DNA from: Thermodesulfobacteriota bacterium
GTDB taxonomy: Bacteria > Desulfobacterota > Desulfarculia > JACQYL01
Reading direction: 5' to 3'
NCBI GenBank assembly: GCA_963675595.2
Contig: CAXXLZ010000002.1
Location: 3,328,001 to 3,392,000, forward strand
Length of the DNA: 64,000 nt
Position numbers and translations under genes: made by a program. The notes under the pieces were generated by a model. It saw only the letters and a list, made by a program, of their open reading frames with translations, made no database searches and had not been told where the DNA came from. This document shows, one piece after another, positions 1 through 9,932 of the stretch (within the stretch, counting starts at the first letter, position 1; every line of letters starts with the position of its first letter).

Positions 1-1
1 C

Positions 2-196
2 CTGGATCGACTCAGCGTGGAGGCGCACATTCTCGACTTCAACCGGATGATTTACGGGGAGCGGGTCAAGATGGATTTTCTCAAGAAACTTCGAGACGAG
101 AGGAAGTTTCCCGATTTTGAGGCATTATCCAGGCAGATCGCTTCGGATGTGGCCGAGGCTGCGTCTTATTTCCAAGGGAGTCGTGTACCGGCCTGA
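2..196 (+). CDS. ribF: 3' end of bifunctional riboflavin kinase/FAD synthetase (partial, runs off the window)
   Basis: Manual translation of frame 2: LSVEAHILDFNRMIYGERVKMDFLKKLRDERKFPDFEALSRQIASDV, the typical RibF C-terminal VEAH..DF...IYG / LRDE.KF pattern; TGA at 194-196. Not in the ORF track. Confidence 0.88.
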   Translation: MDRLSVEAHILDFNRMIYGERVKMDFLKKLRDERKFPDFEALSRQIASDVAEAASYFQGSRVPA

Positions 197-201
197 GCCT
201 T

Positions 202-843
202 TCACACCCCCCGTGTCTCAGGGGCCCAAACGTACTTGTGAATCTGGAGGTTCAATCTTACCGAAAGACGGTCCCGCAGTATCCATTCCGAAAGCACCCG
301 TGGTTCCATCCGTCCGAACACCGGAGAGAAATTCACCGTGAAGCCCGGCGACCCTCCCCGGACCCGTCGTTTCAGAACGTCCACTGCGTAGTCGTAGTCT
401 TCCTCCGTGCCGATGACGAATTTCGCCTCGTCACTGGGGCTCATTCGAGCCCAGTTGTCCCAATCGGTTTGCCCGCACTCGCCGCTCGACGGACATTTGA
501 AATCCACGATCCTCACGCAACCGGGGTCCAGGACCCCAATGTTCAGAGAGCCGTTGGTTTCCACCAGCACGCGGCGGCCTTGCCGAATGAGCTCACGAGC
601 CAGGGACGGGGTTTCCTCTTGATACAACGGCTCTCCTCCGGTGATCTCCACGAGACCGCACTCGAATCGGCCGACTTGTTGGAGAATCGCGGAAACCGAC
701 ATGGAGTCGCCTTCGTCGTAGGCGTACCGGGTATCGCAAAACGTGCAACGAAGGTTGCACCCCGTCAGGCGAACAAAGACGCAGGGCAGACCCGAATAAG
801 TCGACTCTCCCTGAATGGAATGGAAGATTTCAGTAACCCGCAT
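202..843 (-). CDS. queE: 7-carboxy-7-deazaguanine synthase (radical SAM)
   Basis: EIFHSIQGE, VFVRLTGCNLRCTFCDT (CxxxCxxC), ITGGEPL, ETNG, LQIHKYVW. Confidence 0.9.
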   Translation of the reverse strand: MRVTEIFHSIQGESTYSGLPCVFVRLTGCNLRCTFCDTRYAYDEGDSMSVSAILQQVGRFECGLVEITGGEPLYQEETPSLARELIRQGRRVLVETNGSLNIGVLDPGCVRIVDFKCPSSGECGQTDWDNWARMSPSDEAKFVIGTEEDYDYAVDVLKRRVRGGSPGFTVNFSPVFGRMEPRVLSEWILRDRLSVRLNLQIHKYVWAPETRGV

Positions 844-906
844 GGAGAAGATGTTTCTTTCGGCCCGTACTCGTCGAGTCCGAAGACTCCGGCGACCGGA
901 GCCGGA

Positions 907-2616
907 CTAATTGGAATCCACCCAGAAAAGGTCCACGAAACGCGGGTCCATGTCTTTTCGGCCCACGGTTGAAAACAGGCTCCAGGCATGATCCAGCAGC
1001 TCTCGGTAAACCTGCTTGAGAATCGGGAGCTCGGGATCTTCCGAGTCCAAGGAACACGGCAGCCGCTCGAAGAAAGCCTCGATGACTTCGTCTCCGGACC
1101 ACAGGTCCCGATGGGGTCCCGCTTCGCCCATGCGATCCAGGAACTCCTCGAGTTGCTTGTGGGAAAGGGGAGCGAACACCGGTTTGACCTCAAGGGATGC
1201 GCGGGCCCAAATGGTGTAAAGACAATTTCGGAACGTGAACCATCGGTCCTTGCAGAGGTCTTCGGGCAGTTCGATTTCGCAAAGGTCTTCGAGAAAACGG
1301 TCCACGGCTCGGACCTTGCCGAGCGCATCGCGGCAATCTTCCACTTGAGCCACGGTGGAAAACGACCGATAGGAGTCCTCCGCACGGGACGGATCGTATC
1401 GCACCGGTCGTCTCAGGCCCAGGCATCTCAGCGTCTCACCCCACGGTTCGTCCCAAAAACCCCAGGACAATCCCACGGCGCGAAACCAGCTTTTCTTCCG
1501 CCACCCTGCCAGTTGCCTGCGGACGTCGAGGACTGCGCTGAACCCGAGGCGAAACAGATCGAACAGGTTATGAACACGGATCGTTTCCGACCAACCTGAA
1601 GCATCGTTTCCGGCGAGCCGTTCCATGCCGATGCTGATCATTCCGGAAGCCTTTTGATAAAGACGCTGAAGCGTCTCCGGTTCTTCGGGCACAATGGAAT
1701 CCGCGCTCATGAGGTGATTGCACACGCCGGCGAATTCCATCATGAGCCGATCCAATAACAGCGTGTCGTCCACTCGGGAGAGTGCCTGGAAGAAAGCGGT
1801 GTCCTCGCCGGCAAGTCGCACAGGCGTCACCGGAAGGTGCACGGGGGGCGTATCGGTCTCTCCTTCGAGGTTTCCGGACAGACGACCGCCGACGAACTCG
1901 GAAGGCTTAACGTAAGTATAGAGATACATGGCCTCGTCGTACGGGACAAACCCCTTTTCCGCCAACCGTGCGTCCCGAAATCGCCGAGCCGTTTCTTCCT
2001 CTTCTGCGGGCAGAAAGCCGCCGAGAGCAAGCAGCAGGTTGTGCAGCGCTTCGTAGTCCGAATCCGCCAGGCGTTTCACGGCATCGCGAACCAGTGGCGC
2101 GTATTTTGTATCCCGGCAACGGATATAGGCCACGTCGTCCAGGGTGAACCATTCTTCAAGATTTACTTCCGGCGGCTCGTCGTAGTCCCGGAACCACACT
2201 TCGATGGTGCGCGCGAGAAACAGAAGCAGAAGCGTCGGTGAGCGATGCATCGCCCAACGACAGAACCTCGGAGCGTCGGCCAACAACAGTCGCGCGAACC
2301 ACACCGCCAGGGAGTCGGTGTGCAGGCCTTCCGCATCCCAGGTCATGAGGTCCAGAAAGTATTGCCACTGTTCCTCCGAGGCAAGCCGCAGCAACCGCAG
2401 GGAGGTCTCAGGCTCCGCATTGAGCAGGAGCCAATGGAGGTCTTCGACCGCCAGGGCGCGAACCAGGCGTGCGGGATGCCCGGAGTCGAAGATGGTTTCG
2501 AGCGTTTGCTCCACCGATACCGGGCGATCCAAGTGGATGGGGACTATGGGCCCCGCGGGGGGCGGCTCCGGTCCGCGAAGTCCGGCATTGATCGACTGGT
2601 CCTTGGAATTCTTCAA
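907..2616 (-). CDS. DUF6178-like conserved hypothetical protein
   Basis: Long ORF with LASEEQWQYFLDL..W and RLAEKGFVPYDEA motifs recalled from DUF6178 proteins. Start placed at TTG 2616 behind a GAGG RBS (ORF track extends to 2733). Confidence 0.65.
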   Translation of the reverse strand: MKNSKDQSINAGLRGPEPPPAGPIVPIHLDRPVSVEQTLETIFDSGHPARLVRALAVEDLHWLLLNAEPETSLRLLRLASEEQWQYFLDLMTWDAEGLHTDSLAVWFARLLLADAPRFCRWAMHRSPTLLLLFLARTIEVWFRDYDEPPEVNLEEWFTLDDVAYIRCRDTKYAPLVRDAVKRLADSDYEALHNLLLALGGFLPAEEEETARRFRDARLAEKGFVPYDEAMYLYTYVKPSEFVGGRLSGNLEGETDTPPVHLPVTPVRLAGEDTAFFQALSRVDDTLLLDRLMMEFAGVCNHLMSADSIVPEEPETLQRLYQKASGMISIGMERLAGNDASGWSETIRVHNLFDLFRLGFSAVLDVRRQLAGWRKKSWFRAVGLSWGFWDEPWGETLRCLGLRRPVRYDPSRAEDSYRSFSTVAQVEDCRDALGKVRAVDRFLEDLCEIELPEDLCKDRWFTFRNCLYTIWARASLEVKPVFAPLSHKQLEEFLDRMGEAGPHRDLWSGDEVIEAFFERLPCSLDSEDPELPILKQVYRELLDHAWSLFSTVGRKDMDPRFVDLFWVDSN

Positions 2617-2828
2617 TACGTGTTCCTCGAAATCGTGTCGTTGTTTATACCGCCGCGAGACGAGGCGATTCGTCGGCCGGCGTCCGTTCGGCATGATACA
2701 TGTATAACGCAAAAAGGCCGTAACGCAAAGCACGGCTTGGACATCGGGAAACGGACTGAAGCACGGTCCGTGGGTACGAGAAAGGCTCGACGCTTTCGTG
2801 CCGAAGAAAATCGGGCGGAAGGTCGGAG

Positions 2829-2876
2829 AAAAGAAACCCCGGGGTCCCTTCCATAAGGGAAGGGAAAGCCCCGGGG
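2829..2876 (-). terminator. Intrinsic terminator after groEL
   Basis: CCCCGGGG/TCCCTTCC...GGGAAGGGA/CCCCGGGG hairpin followed by TTTCTTTT on the minus strand, just past the groEL stop. Confidence 0.7.
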
Positions 2877-2888
2877 ATGCAGGCAGGC

Positions 2889-4532
<1,644 letters not shown>

Positions 4533-4820
4533 TTATTCCACGATGGCCAGGATGTCGTCTTCTCTCATGATCAGATGATCCACCCCGTCGAAACTGATTT
4601 CGGTCCCGGCGTACTTCCCGAACAGCACCTTGTCGCCCTCTTTTACCTGCATGGGAATGATCTTCCCATCCTCTCCGACCCGTCCGGGTCCCGCTGCCGC
4701 CACCTTGCCCTGCTGAGGCTTCTCTTTGGCGGTGTCCGGGATGATGATTCCACCGGCGGTCTTTGCTTCCTCTTCCGTTCGAACGATCAGTACTCGGTCA
4801 TTTAACGGTTTTACCTTCAT
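4533..4820 (-). CDS. groS: Co-chaperonin GroES
   Basis: [42 protein letters not shown]; ATG 4820 with AGGAGG RBS. Confidence 0.98.
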   Translation of the reverse strand: MKVKPLNDRVLIVRTEEEAKTAGGIIIPDTAKEKPQQGKVAAAGPGRVGEDGKIIPMQVKEGDKVLFGKYAGTEISFDGVDHLIMREDDILAIVE

Positions 4821-4922
4821 TGAACCAAACCTCCTGACTAGGTAGTCGTATGATATATCCCAATAAATTGGGCAACTCGTAACCGGAATCAATGGATAAT
4901 CAAGCAGAGAAAAATATATCTG

Positions 4923-4950
4923 AAAATAAGACGGGGACAAGGGTTGTCAA
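4923..4950 (-). promoter_or_regulatory. Putative groESL promoter TTGACAACC-N12-TTATTTT
   Basis: Minus-strand TTGACA plus AT-rich -10-like element; the same motif with the same spacing lies upstream of hsp20 (21060-21087). Confidence 0.65.
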
Positions 4951-5025
4951 GAGGACGGGACAAAAATTTCGGGAAAAAGGCGGCCGTTTGGGGGGTTGTA
5001 TAATTTCTTGAATATACAAGAAAAA

Positions 5026-6387
5026 TCAGGTTGGTTGCGCGTCCTCGGGCTCTTGGGAGTCCCCTTGGGCGGCCGCGTGAGCAACCAACACTTCTTTGAT
5101 GGAAGTGTGCTCCAACTCTTCGTCCGACAGACAGCGGACCCGGCGTACAATCCGGTCCACGTGGTCCGCGAACTCGTTTTTCAAGGTCGCGGATTCCGAT
5201 CCGCTCCACATCCCGCGCATCACCTCGCCCACCGTGATCGCTTCCAGGTCCCGTGCGGGTTGGAGCTTGGGAGGGGAGTCCTTGGTTTGGGCCACCAGGC
5301 TTTTTCGGATGAGGTGGTCCAGCACCTCGTTGATAAGGGCCGGATCGATGCCGAGACGGAGGGAAATTTCCCGGGAGGTCAAAGGCCGGCGGCCCTTGCG
5401 GAATCGTTCGGCCAACACCAGGAATATCTTGAGGGCCAGGGGCTCGAAACAGGATTGATCCAGCGTTCTCAGGCTTCGGGGGTGCACCTTGCCGAATCCG
5501 TAGAACGCATAGGACATTTCCGCGCCGAAAAGGAGGATGAGCCAGCTTAAATTGAGCCAGATGAGGAACAGGGGGAGGCTGGCGAAGGAACCATAGATGG
5601 CGTTATATTTGGCCACCCCGATCTGGAAGGTGATGTAAAGGCTCTGTACCACCTGCCAGAGCGTGCCGGCGATGATGGCGCCGGGCAGAGCGCAGGCTAC
5701 GGGCACCCGCGTGTTCGGAAGCAACTGGTAGAGCACCGCGATGGCGATCCAGATAAGCAGGTAGGGCACCAGCGACAAGGCCAAGGCCACCAGGGAACGC
5801 AGGAACTGGACACCTAAAAGGAATTCCACGTAGGCGTTGCTCTTGAGAGAAGCCGTGATGGTGGTGGCCGCAATGAAAAGGAGGGGGCAGACCATCACGA
5901 TGCTGATGTAGTCCGAAAACTTCCGATACAGGGGCCGCTGTTCGGGGACGTTCCAGATGCGGTTGAAGGCGTCCTCCATGCTGCTCAGCATGCGGGTCAC
6001 CGTATAGAAGAGAAACAGGACGCCGATAATGCCCAGGGTGGAGGCATTGGTGTTCTCCACGTACTGGAACAGGTATTCGAGGACTTCCGGTTGGATCCCC
6101 GAGACCTGGGTCTCGATGGTCTTTCTTAGGATATCCGCCACGCCCAGTCCTTTGGCCACGGAAAAGGATACGGCCAGCACCGGAACGATGGAGAGCGTGG
6201 TGATGAAAGTGAGGGAAGCGGCGAGAAAGCTGATCCGGTCCGATTGGGTGCGGTAACCGGCGATGTAGATCACCCGAAGCAGGTTCATGCCCCACTCCCG
6301 AAATCGATCACCGTGATTGGTCGGGGCCTCGCCGGTTCCTCGGAACAACCATGCCTCGACACGCTGGAGCAGGGATGCCTGGTTCAT
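5026..6387 (-). CDS. YihY/BrkB family membrane protein with C-terminal Rrf2-like wHTH
   Basis: AASLTFITTLSIVP, AFNRIW, LPNTRV, YNAIYGSFASLPLFLIWL..SW.ILLFGAE; soluble C-terminal extension. Confidence 0.85.
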   Translation of the reverse strand: MNQASLLQRVEAWLFRGTGEAPTNHGDRFREWGMNLLRVIYIAGYRTQSDRISFLAASLTFITTLSIVPVLAVSFSVAKGLGVADILRKTIETQVSGIQPEVLEYLFQYVENTNASTLGIIGVLFLFYTVTRMLSSMEDAFNRIWNVPEQRPLYRKFSDYISIVMVCPLLFIAATTITASLKSNAYVEFLLGVQFLRSLVALALSLVPYLLIWIAIAVLYQLLPNTRVPVACALPGAIIAGTLWQVVQSLYITFQIGVAKYNAIYGSFASLPLFLIWLNLSWLILLFGAEMSYAFYGFGKVHPRSLRTLDQSCFEPLALKIFLVLAERFRKGRRPLTSREISLRLGIDPALINEVLDHLIRKSLVAQTKDSPPKLQPARDLEAITVGEVMRGMWSGSESATLKNEFADHVDRIVRRVRCLSDEELEHTSIKEVLVAHAAAQGDSQEPEDAQPT

Positions 6388-6714
6388 GATGGGGATCCCC
6401 TTTCAAGATGGTTCGAGATTCGCAAAGCAGGGGTTGAACGGGTCGCCGGTGAGGTCCGGAGTTTCGCGGCCGGTTCCGGCTTCGGTGAATTCTCAAGCAA
6501 CCTTCTTCCGGATTGTACCAGAAGAGAATCCGGTTGAAAGCCCAAAAGAGGTCCGGTACGGTTCGTATTTCGGCTGCGCCGGGTGACGAGTCTCGGGGAG
6601 CACCATGGATTGAGAAAGTAAATAGGCCCATCTTTTCTATATTGATATTTCCTATTTTACCTTCGCCTCCCCGAAATGACTAGATAATAAAAAATACATC
6701 ACCCGGGAGCGGCT

Positions 6715-7320
6715 ATGGAAATGCTGGATTGTATGGGACTGGCCTGCCCCAGCCCCGTCATCAAAACCAAGGACTTACTGGAATCGAAAAATCCCGACAC
6801 CCTCGAAGTGCTGGTGGACAACGAGGCGGCGAGTCAGAACGTTTCGAGGTTTCTTAAAACCAAGGGATTCGAAGTTCGGGTGCGCACCCAAAACGGCGGG
6901 TTTGCGGTGGAAGGGTCCCGACAGCAGGGGGAAGAGACCGCGGCCTGCGAGATCATGGACTTCGAAGCTCCGATGCTTCAGGATGCCCGAACCCTGGTCA
7001 TGGTGGCCACGGACCACATCGGTTCCGGAGACGACGTCCTGGGCGGCAAACTGATGCTCTCCTTCATTTCCACGCTCAAGGAGATGGAGGGGCTTTGGCG
7101 CTTGGTGCTCGTGAACAACGGCGTCAAATTGTCCATCGAGGGAGCGGAAACCCTCGGCGCCATCCAAGAGCTGGAGGCCTCCGGCGTGAGCGTCCTGGTG
7201 TGCGGCACCTGCCTCACGTTCTTCGATCTGCTGGATAGGAAACGAGTGGGAGAAACCACCAACATGCTGGATATCGTGACTTCCATGCAGGTAGCCGGCA
7301 AGGTGATTACCTTCGGCTAG
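6715..7320 (+). CDS. yedF: Sulfurtransferase-like selenium metabolism protein YedF (TusA domain plus DsrE-like domain)
   Basis: LDCMGLACPSPVI (TusA CPxP), GSGDDVLG, NNGVKL, CGTCL, GETTNMLDIV; directly upstream of selD. Confidence 0.88.
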   Translation: MEMLDCMGLACPSPVIKTKDLLESKNPDTLEVLVDNEAASQNVSRFLKTKGFEVRVRTQNGGFAVEGSRQQGEETAACEIMDFEAPMLQDARTLVMVATDHIGSGDDVLGGKLMLSFISTLKEMEGLWRLVLVNNGVKLSIEGAETLGAIQELEASGVSVLVCGTCLTFFDLLDRKRVGETTNMLDIVTSMQVAGKVITFG

Positions 7321-7526
7321 CGGCCGGCCGTTGTGTCCGGGATCGCGATTGCGTGATCGTGTCGAGCCGGGTTTCGGTTTTTCCGCGCGCCGACCGTGGG
7401 GCGAGTAAGCCGGGAAGAAATCCCGTACTCGATATCCGATTTTAAGGGGGCGCAAGCGGACGGCGGAGTTCTTCCCGCGCGTCTCGGTCGCCCCTTTCAT
7501 TTCATCCAAAACTGCGGAGTGATGGA

Positions 7527-8570
7527 TTGAGCGACAAACCCGACAAACTCACCTCACGAGTCAAAGCCGCCGGTTGAGCTTCGAAGATTCCTCCAGGTGA
7601 TCTGGAGGCCATACTTTCGGAACTGGTGGTGGAACCCCATCCGAATCTCCTGGTGGGTCAGGGGACGTCGGACGACGCCGGGGTGTACAAACTTTCCGAT
7701 GACCTGGCGTTGATTCAGACGTTGGACTTCTTCACTCCCATCGTGGACGATCCCTTTCAATTCGGACGCATCGCCGCGGTGAATGCGTTGAGCGACGTGT
7801 ACGCCATGGGCGGACGCCCTCTAACCGCCATGAACATCGTGTGCTTTCCTTCCAAAGAAATGGACCTGGACGTTCTAAAACGGATTCTGCAGGGAGGGCT
7901 GGACGCGGTGCGCGAGTCCGGGGCGGTGCTGGTGGGGGGGCACAGCGTACAGGATCCGGAAATCAAGTATGGTCTTTCGATCACCGGAACCGTGCATCCC
8001 GATCGAGTGCTCACCAACGCGGGGGCCCGGCCGGGAGACCTGATCGTCCTCACCAAACCCTTGGGCACGGGCATCGTGACCACGGTCATCAAAGCCGGTA
8101 TGGCGTCCGAGGAAACGGAACAAAAGGCCGTTCGCATCATGGGGACCTTGAACCGGAAAGCGGCCGAGGTCATGGAAGGCTTTCGGGTCAATGCCTGCAC
8201 CGACGTCACGGGATTCGGTCTGCTGGGGCATACGCTTGAGGTGGCTCTTGCAAGTCGGGTGACCATCGAATTGGATGCTTCCGAGGTCCCGGTTCTGCCC
8301 GAAGCCCTTGAGTTCGGCGCCATGGGCCTGGTGCCGGAAGGCTCTCACGCCAACCGGAATTATTGCTCCAAGTCGCTCGAAGTCTCCTCGTCCGTGGATG
8401 AAGTCCTGCTGGACGTGCTCGCCGACGCCCAAACCTCGGGCGGGCTGCTCATCTTCACACCGGAAGGGGAAGCGCTCCTGCAGGCGTTGTGGGATGCCGG
8501 CATTCCCGAGTCCCGAATCGTGGGGCGGGTGGTGGGGGCGCATGCTTTGGGCCGACTTCAGGTGCTTTAG
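7527..8570 (+). CDS. selD: Selenide, water dikinase, selenocysteine-containing (UGA = Sec17)
   Basis: TTG 7527 (GGAG RBS) reads MSDKPDKLTSRVKAAG-U-ASKIPPGDL in frame with ORF 7626..8570. In-frame TGA at 7575-7577 sits in the G(C/U)xxK catalytic motif. Also DDAGVY, DFFTPIVDDP, NALSDVYAMGG, TDVTGFGLLGH, DAQTSGGLL. Confidence 0.95.
7590..7608 (+). promoter_or_regulatory. Bacterial SECIS hairpin of selD
   Basis: CCTCCAG-GTGAT-CTGGAGG: perfect 7-bp stem starting 12 nt after the UGA, with G as first loop base. Confidence 0.75.
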
Positions 8571-8653
8571 GCTCGCTCCGCCGACCTTCCCTCGCCTCGA
8601 ATGATATCCCGCCCATGCGCCGCCCGTTCAAGGATTGGACTTTGAACCCGGGC

Positions 8654-9910
8654 TCAGGATCGACCGGGCTTCTCGTTCGAAGGCTCCGGAGTAAACGAGA
8701 AGCGGAAGTGAGTTCCCCCTTCGGTGGCGACCTCGAAGGTTCCCCTCAGTTGTTTGGTGACCAAAGTACGCGCCAACATGAGCCCGAAGGAATCCGTGTT
8801 TTGCACATCAACGGATTGCGGCAACCCAACGCCGTTGTCCCGAACATGGATATCCAAATCCCGCGACTCCATGAGCCGCGCCGTGAGGCTTATCTCCCCA
8901 TGGGACCCATGGGATCCATGGGATCCATGGGGGAATGCGTGCTTATAAGCGTTGCTCAGCAGTTCCGTGATCACCAGTCCACAGTGTATCGCCTGACTTA
9001 CGGGTCCACAGTGTATCGCCTGACTTACGGGCAGCTGAACCGGCTCCAAGTCCAAAGTCAAAGAAATCCGATCCCGAGCCGAGTACATGGACGAGATGAG
9101 CATGTTGCTCAACCGCGTAAGATAATTGCGTAAATTCACAGCCGCAAGGGTGGATGATTGAAAGAGGACTTCATGGATCAGGCTGATGGACTGGATTTGG
9201 CGGTCGCATTGCTCCAAGGTGACGATCACCTCGGGTTCGGTGTGTTGCATGCTCTGCAATCGCAGCAGGCTGGATACCAGTTGCAGGTCGTTCTTGACGC
9301 GATGGTGGATTTCCCGCATGAGAAGCTGTTTTTCTTCCAACAGTGCCTTCAGGGTCTCATTTTCCTTGAGATCGGAAATGTCCAGTATGGCTAGGAGGAA
9401 GCGGGATCCCGGCTTAGAGTCGGACGAAATTCGGACTCGAGCCCAAAAAGGGACTTCCCCTTTTCGCAGGAGCCTGAGTTCAATGGTTTGCACCGCTTGG
9501 TTCACTAGGGAGGCCCGGACTCCTTGGAGGAAGGTCTCCTCGTCCCCGTTGACGACCAATCGATGGAAGGGCCTGCCCAGCAGGTCACCGCGCGCCTCTT
9601 CAAACAAGGTCACAACCGCGAGATTGGCCTTGGACACGTGCCTCCTTTCATCCAGAACCATATAGGCCGCGGGAGCGGATTCGAACAGGTTCTCGAATCG
9701 ATCCTTCTCCCACTGAAGGGCCGTTCGGGAATTTCTCAATTCCTCGTTCTGGATTTCAAGCTCAGTCTGGTACACTTGCACTTCGTGCAGCAGTTCCGAC
9801 AGATCCACGGAGGCGAAAGATGCTGCCTCGGTTCCGCTCACCGACATCCCCTGTTCCGCCACTATCCGCAGCTTTTCCCACCATTCGGAACTCTTGGAGC
9901 CCTCTCTCAT
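8654..9910 (-). CDS. PAS-domain sensor histidine kinase (HisKA_2-type)
   Basis: ELEIQNEEL coiled coil, PAS, H-box REIHHRVKNDLQ, N-box ELLSNAYKHAF, DNGVG, FGL. Start ATG 9910 with GGAG RBS, directly after cheBR. Confidence 0.9.
   Translation of the reverse strand: MREGSKSSEWWEKLRIVAEQGMSVSGTEAASFASVDLSELLHEVQVYQTELEIQNEELRNSRTALQWEKDRFENLFESAPAAYMVLDERRHVSKANLAVVTLFEEARGDLLGRPFHRLVVNGDEETFLQGVRASLVNQAVQTIELRLLRKGEVPFWARVRISSDSKPGSRFLLAILDISDLKENETLKALLEEKQLLMREIHHRVKNDLQLVSSLLRLQSMQHTEPEVIVTLEQCDRQIQSISLIHEVLFQSSTLAAVNLRNYLTRLSNMLISSMYSARDRISLTLDLEPVQLPVSQAIHCGPVSQAIHCGLVITELLSNAYKHAFPHGSHGSHGSHGEISLTARLMESRDLDIHVRDNGVGLPQSVDVQNTDSFGLMLARTLVTKQLRGTFEVATEGGTHFRFSFTPEPSNEKPGRS
8898..8932. repeat. 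4 x 9-bp tandem repeat (CCATGGGAY) encoding HGSHGSHGSHG
   Basis: ccatgggac ccatgggat ccatgggat ccatgggg read directly. Confidence 0.9.
8977..9030. repeat. Perfect 27-bp tandem duplication (PVSQAIHCG x2)
   Basis: gtccacagtgtatcgcctgacttacgg at 8977-9003 and 9004-9030. Confidence 0.95.
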
Positions 9911-9932
9911 GGGCGTCTCCTTTGTTTTCGGT

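Noticed and set aside
4821-5025. CIRCE (HrcA operator) upstream of groESL
   Set aside because: No TTAGCACTC-N9-GAGTGCTAA here or upstream of hsp20.
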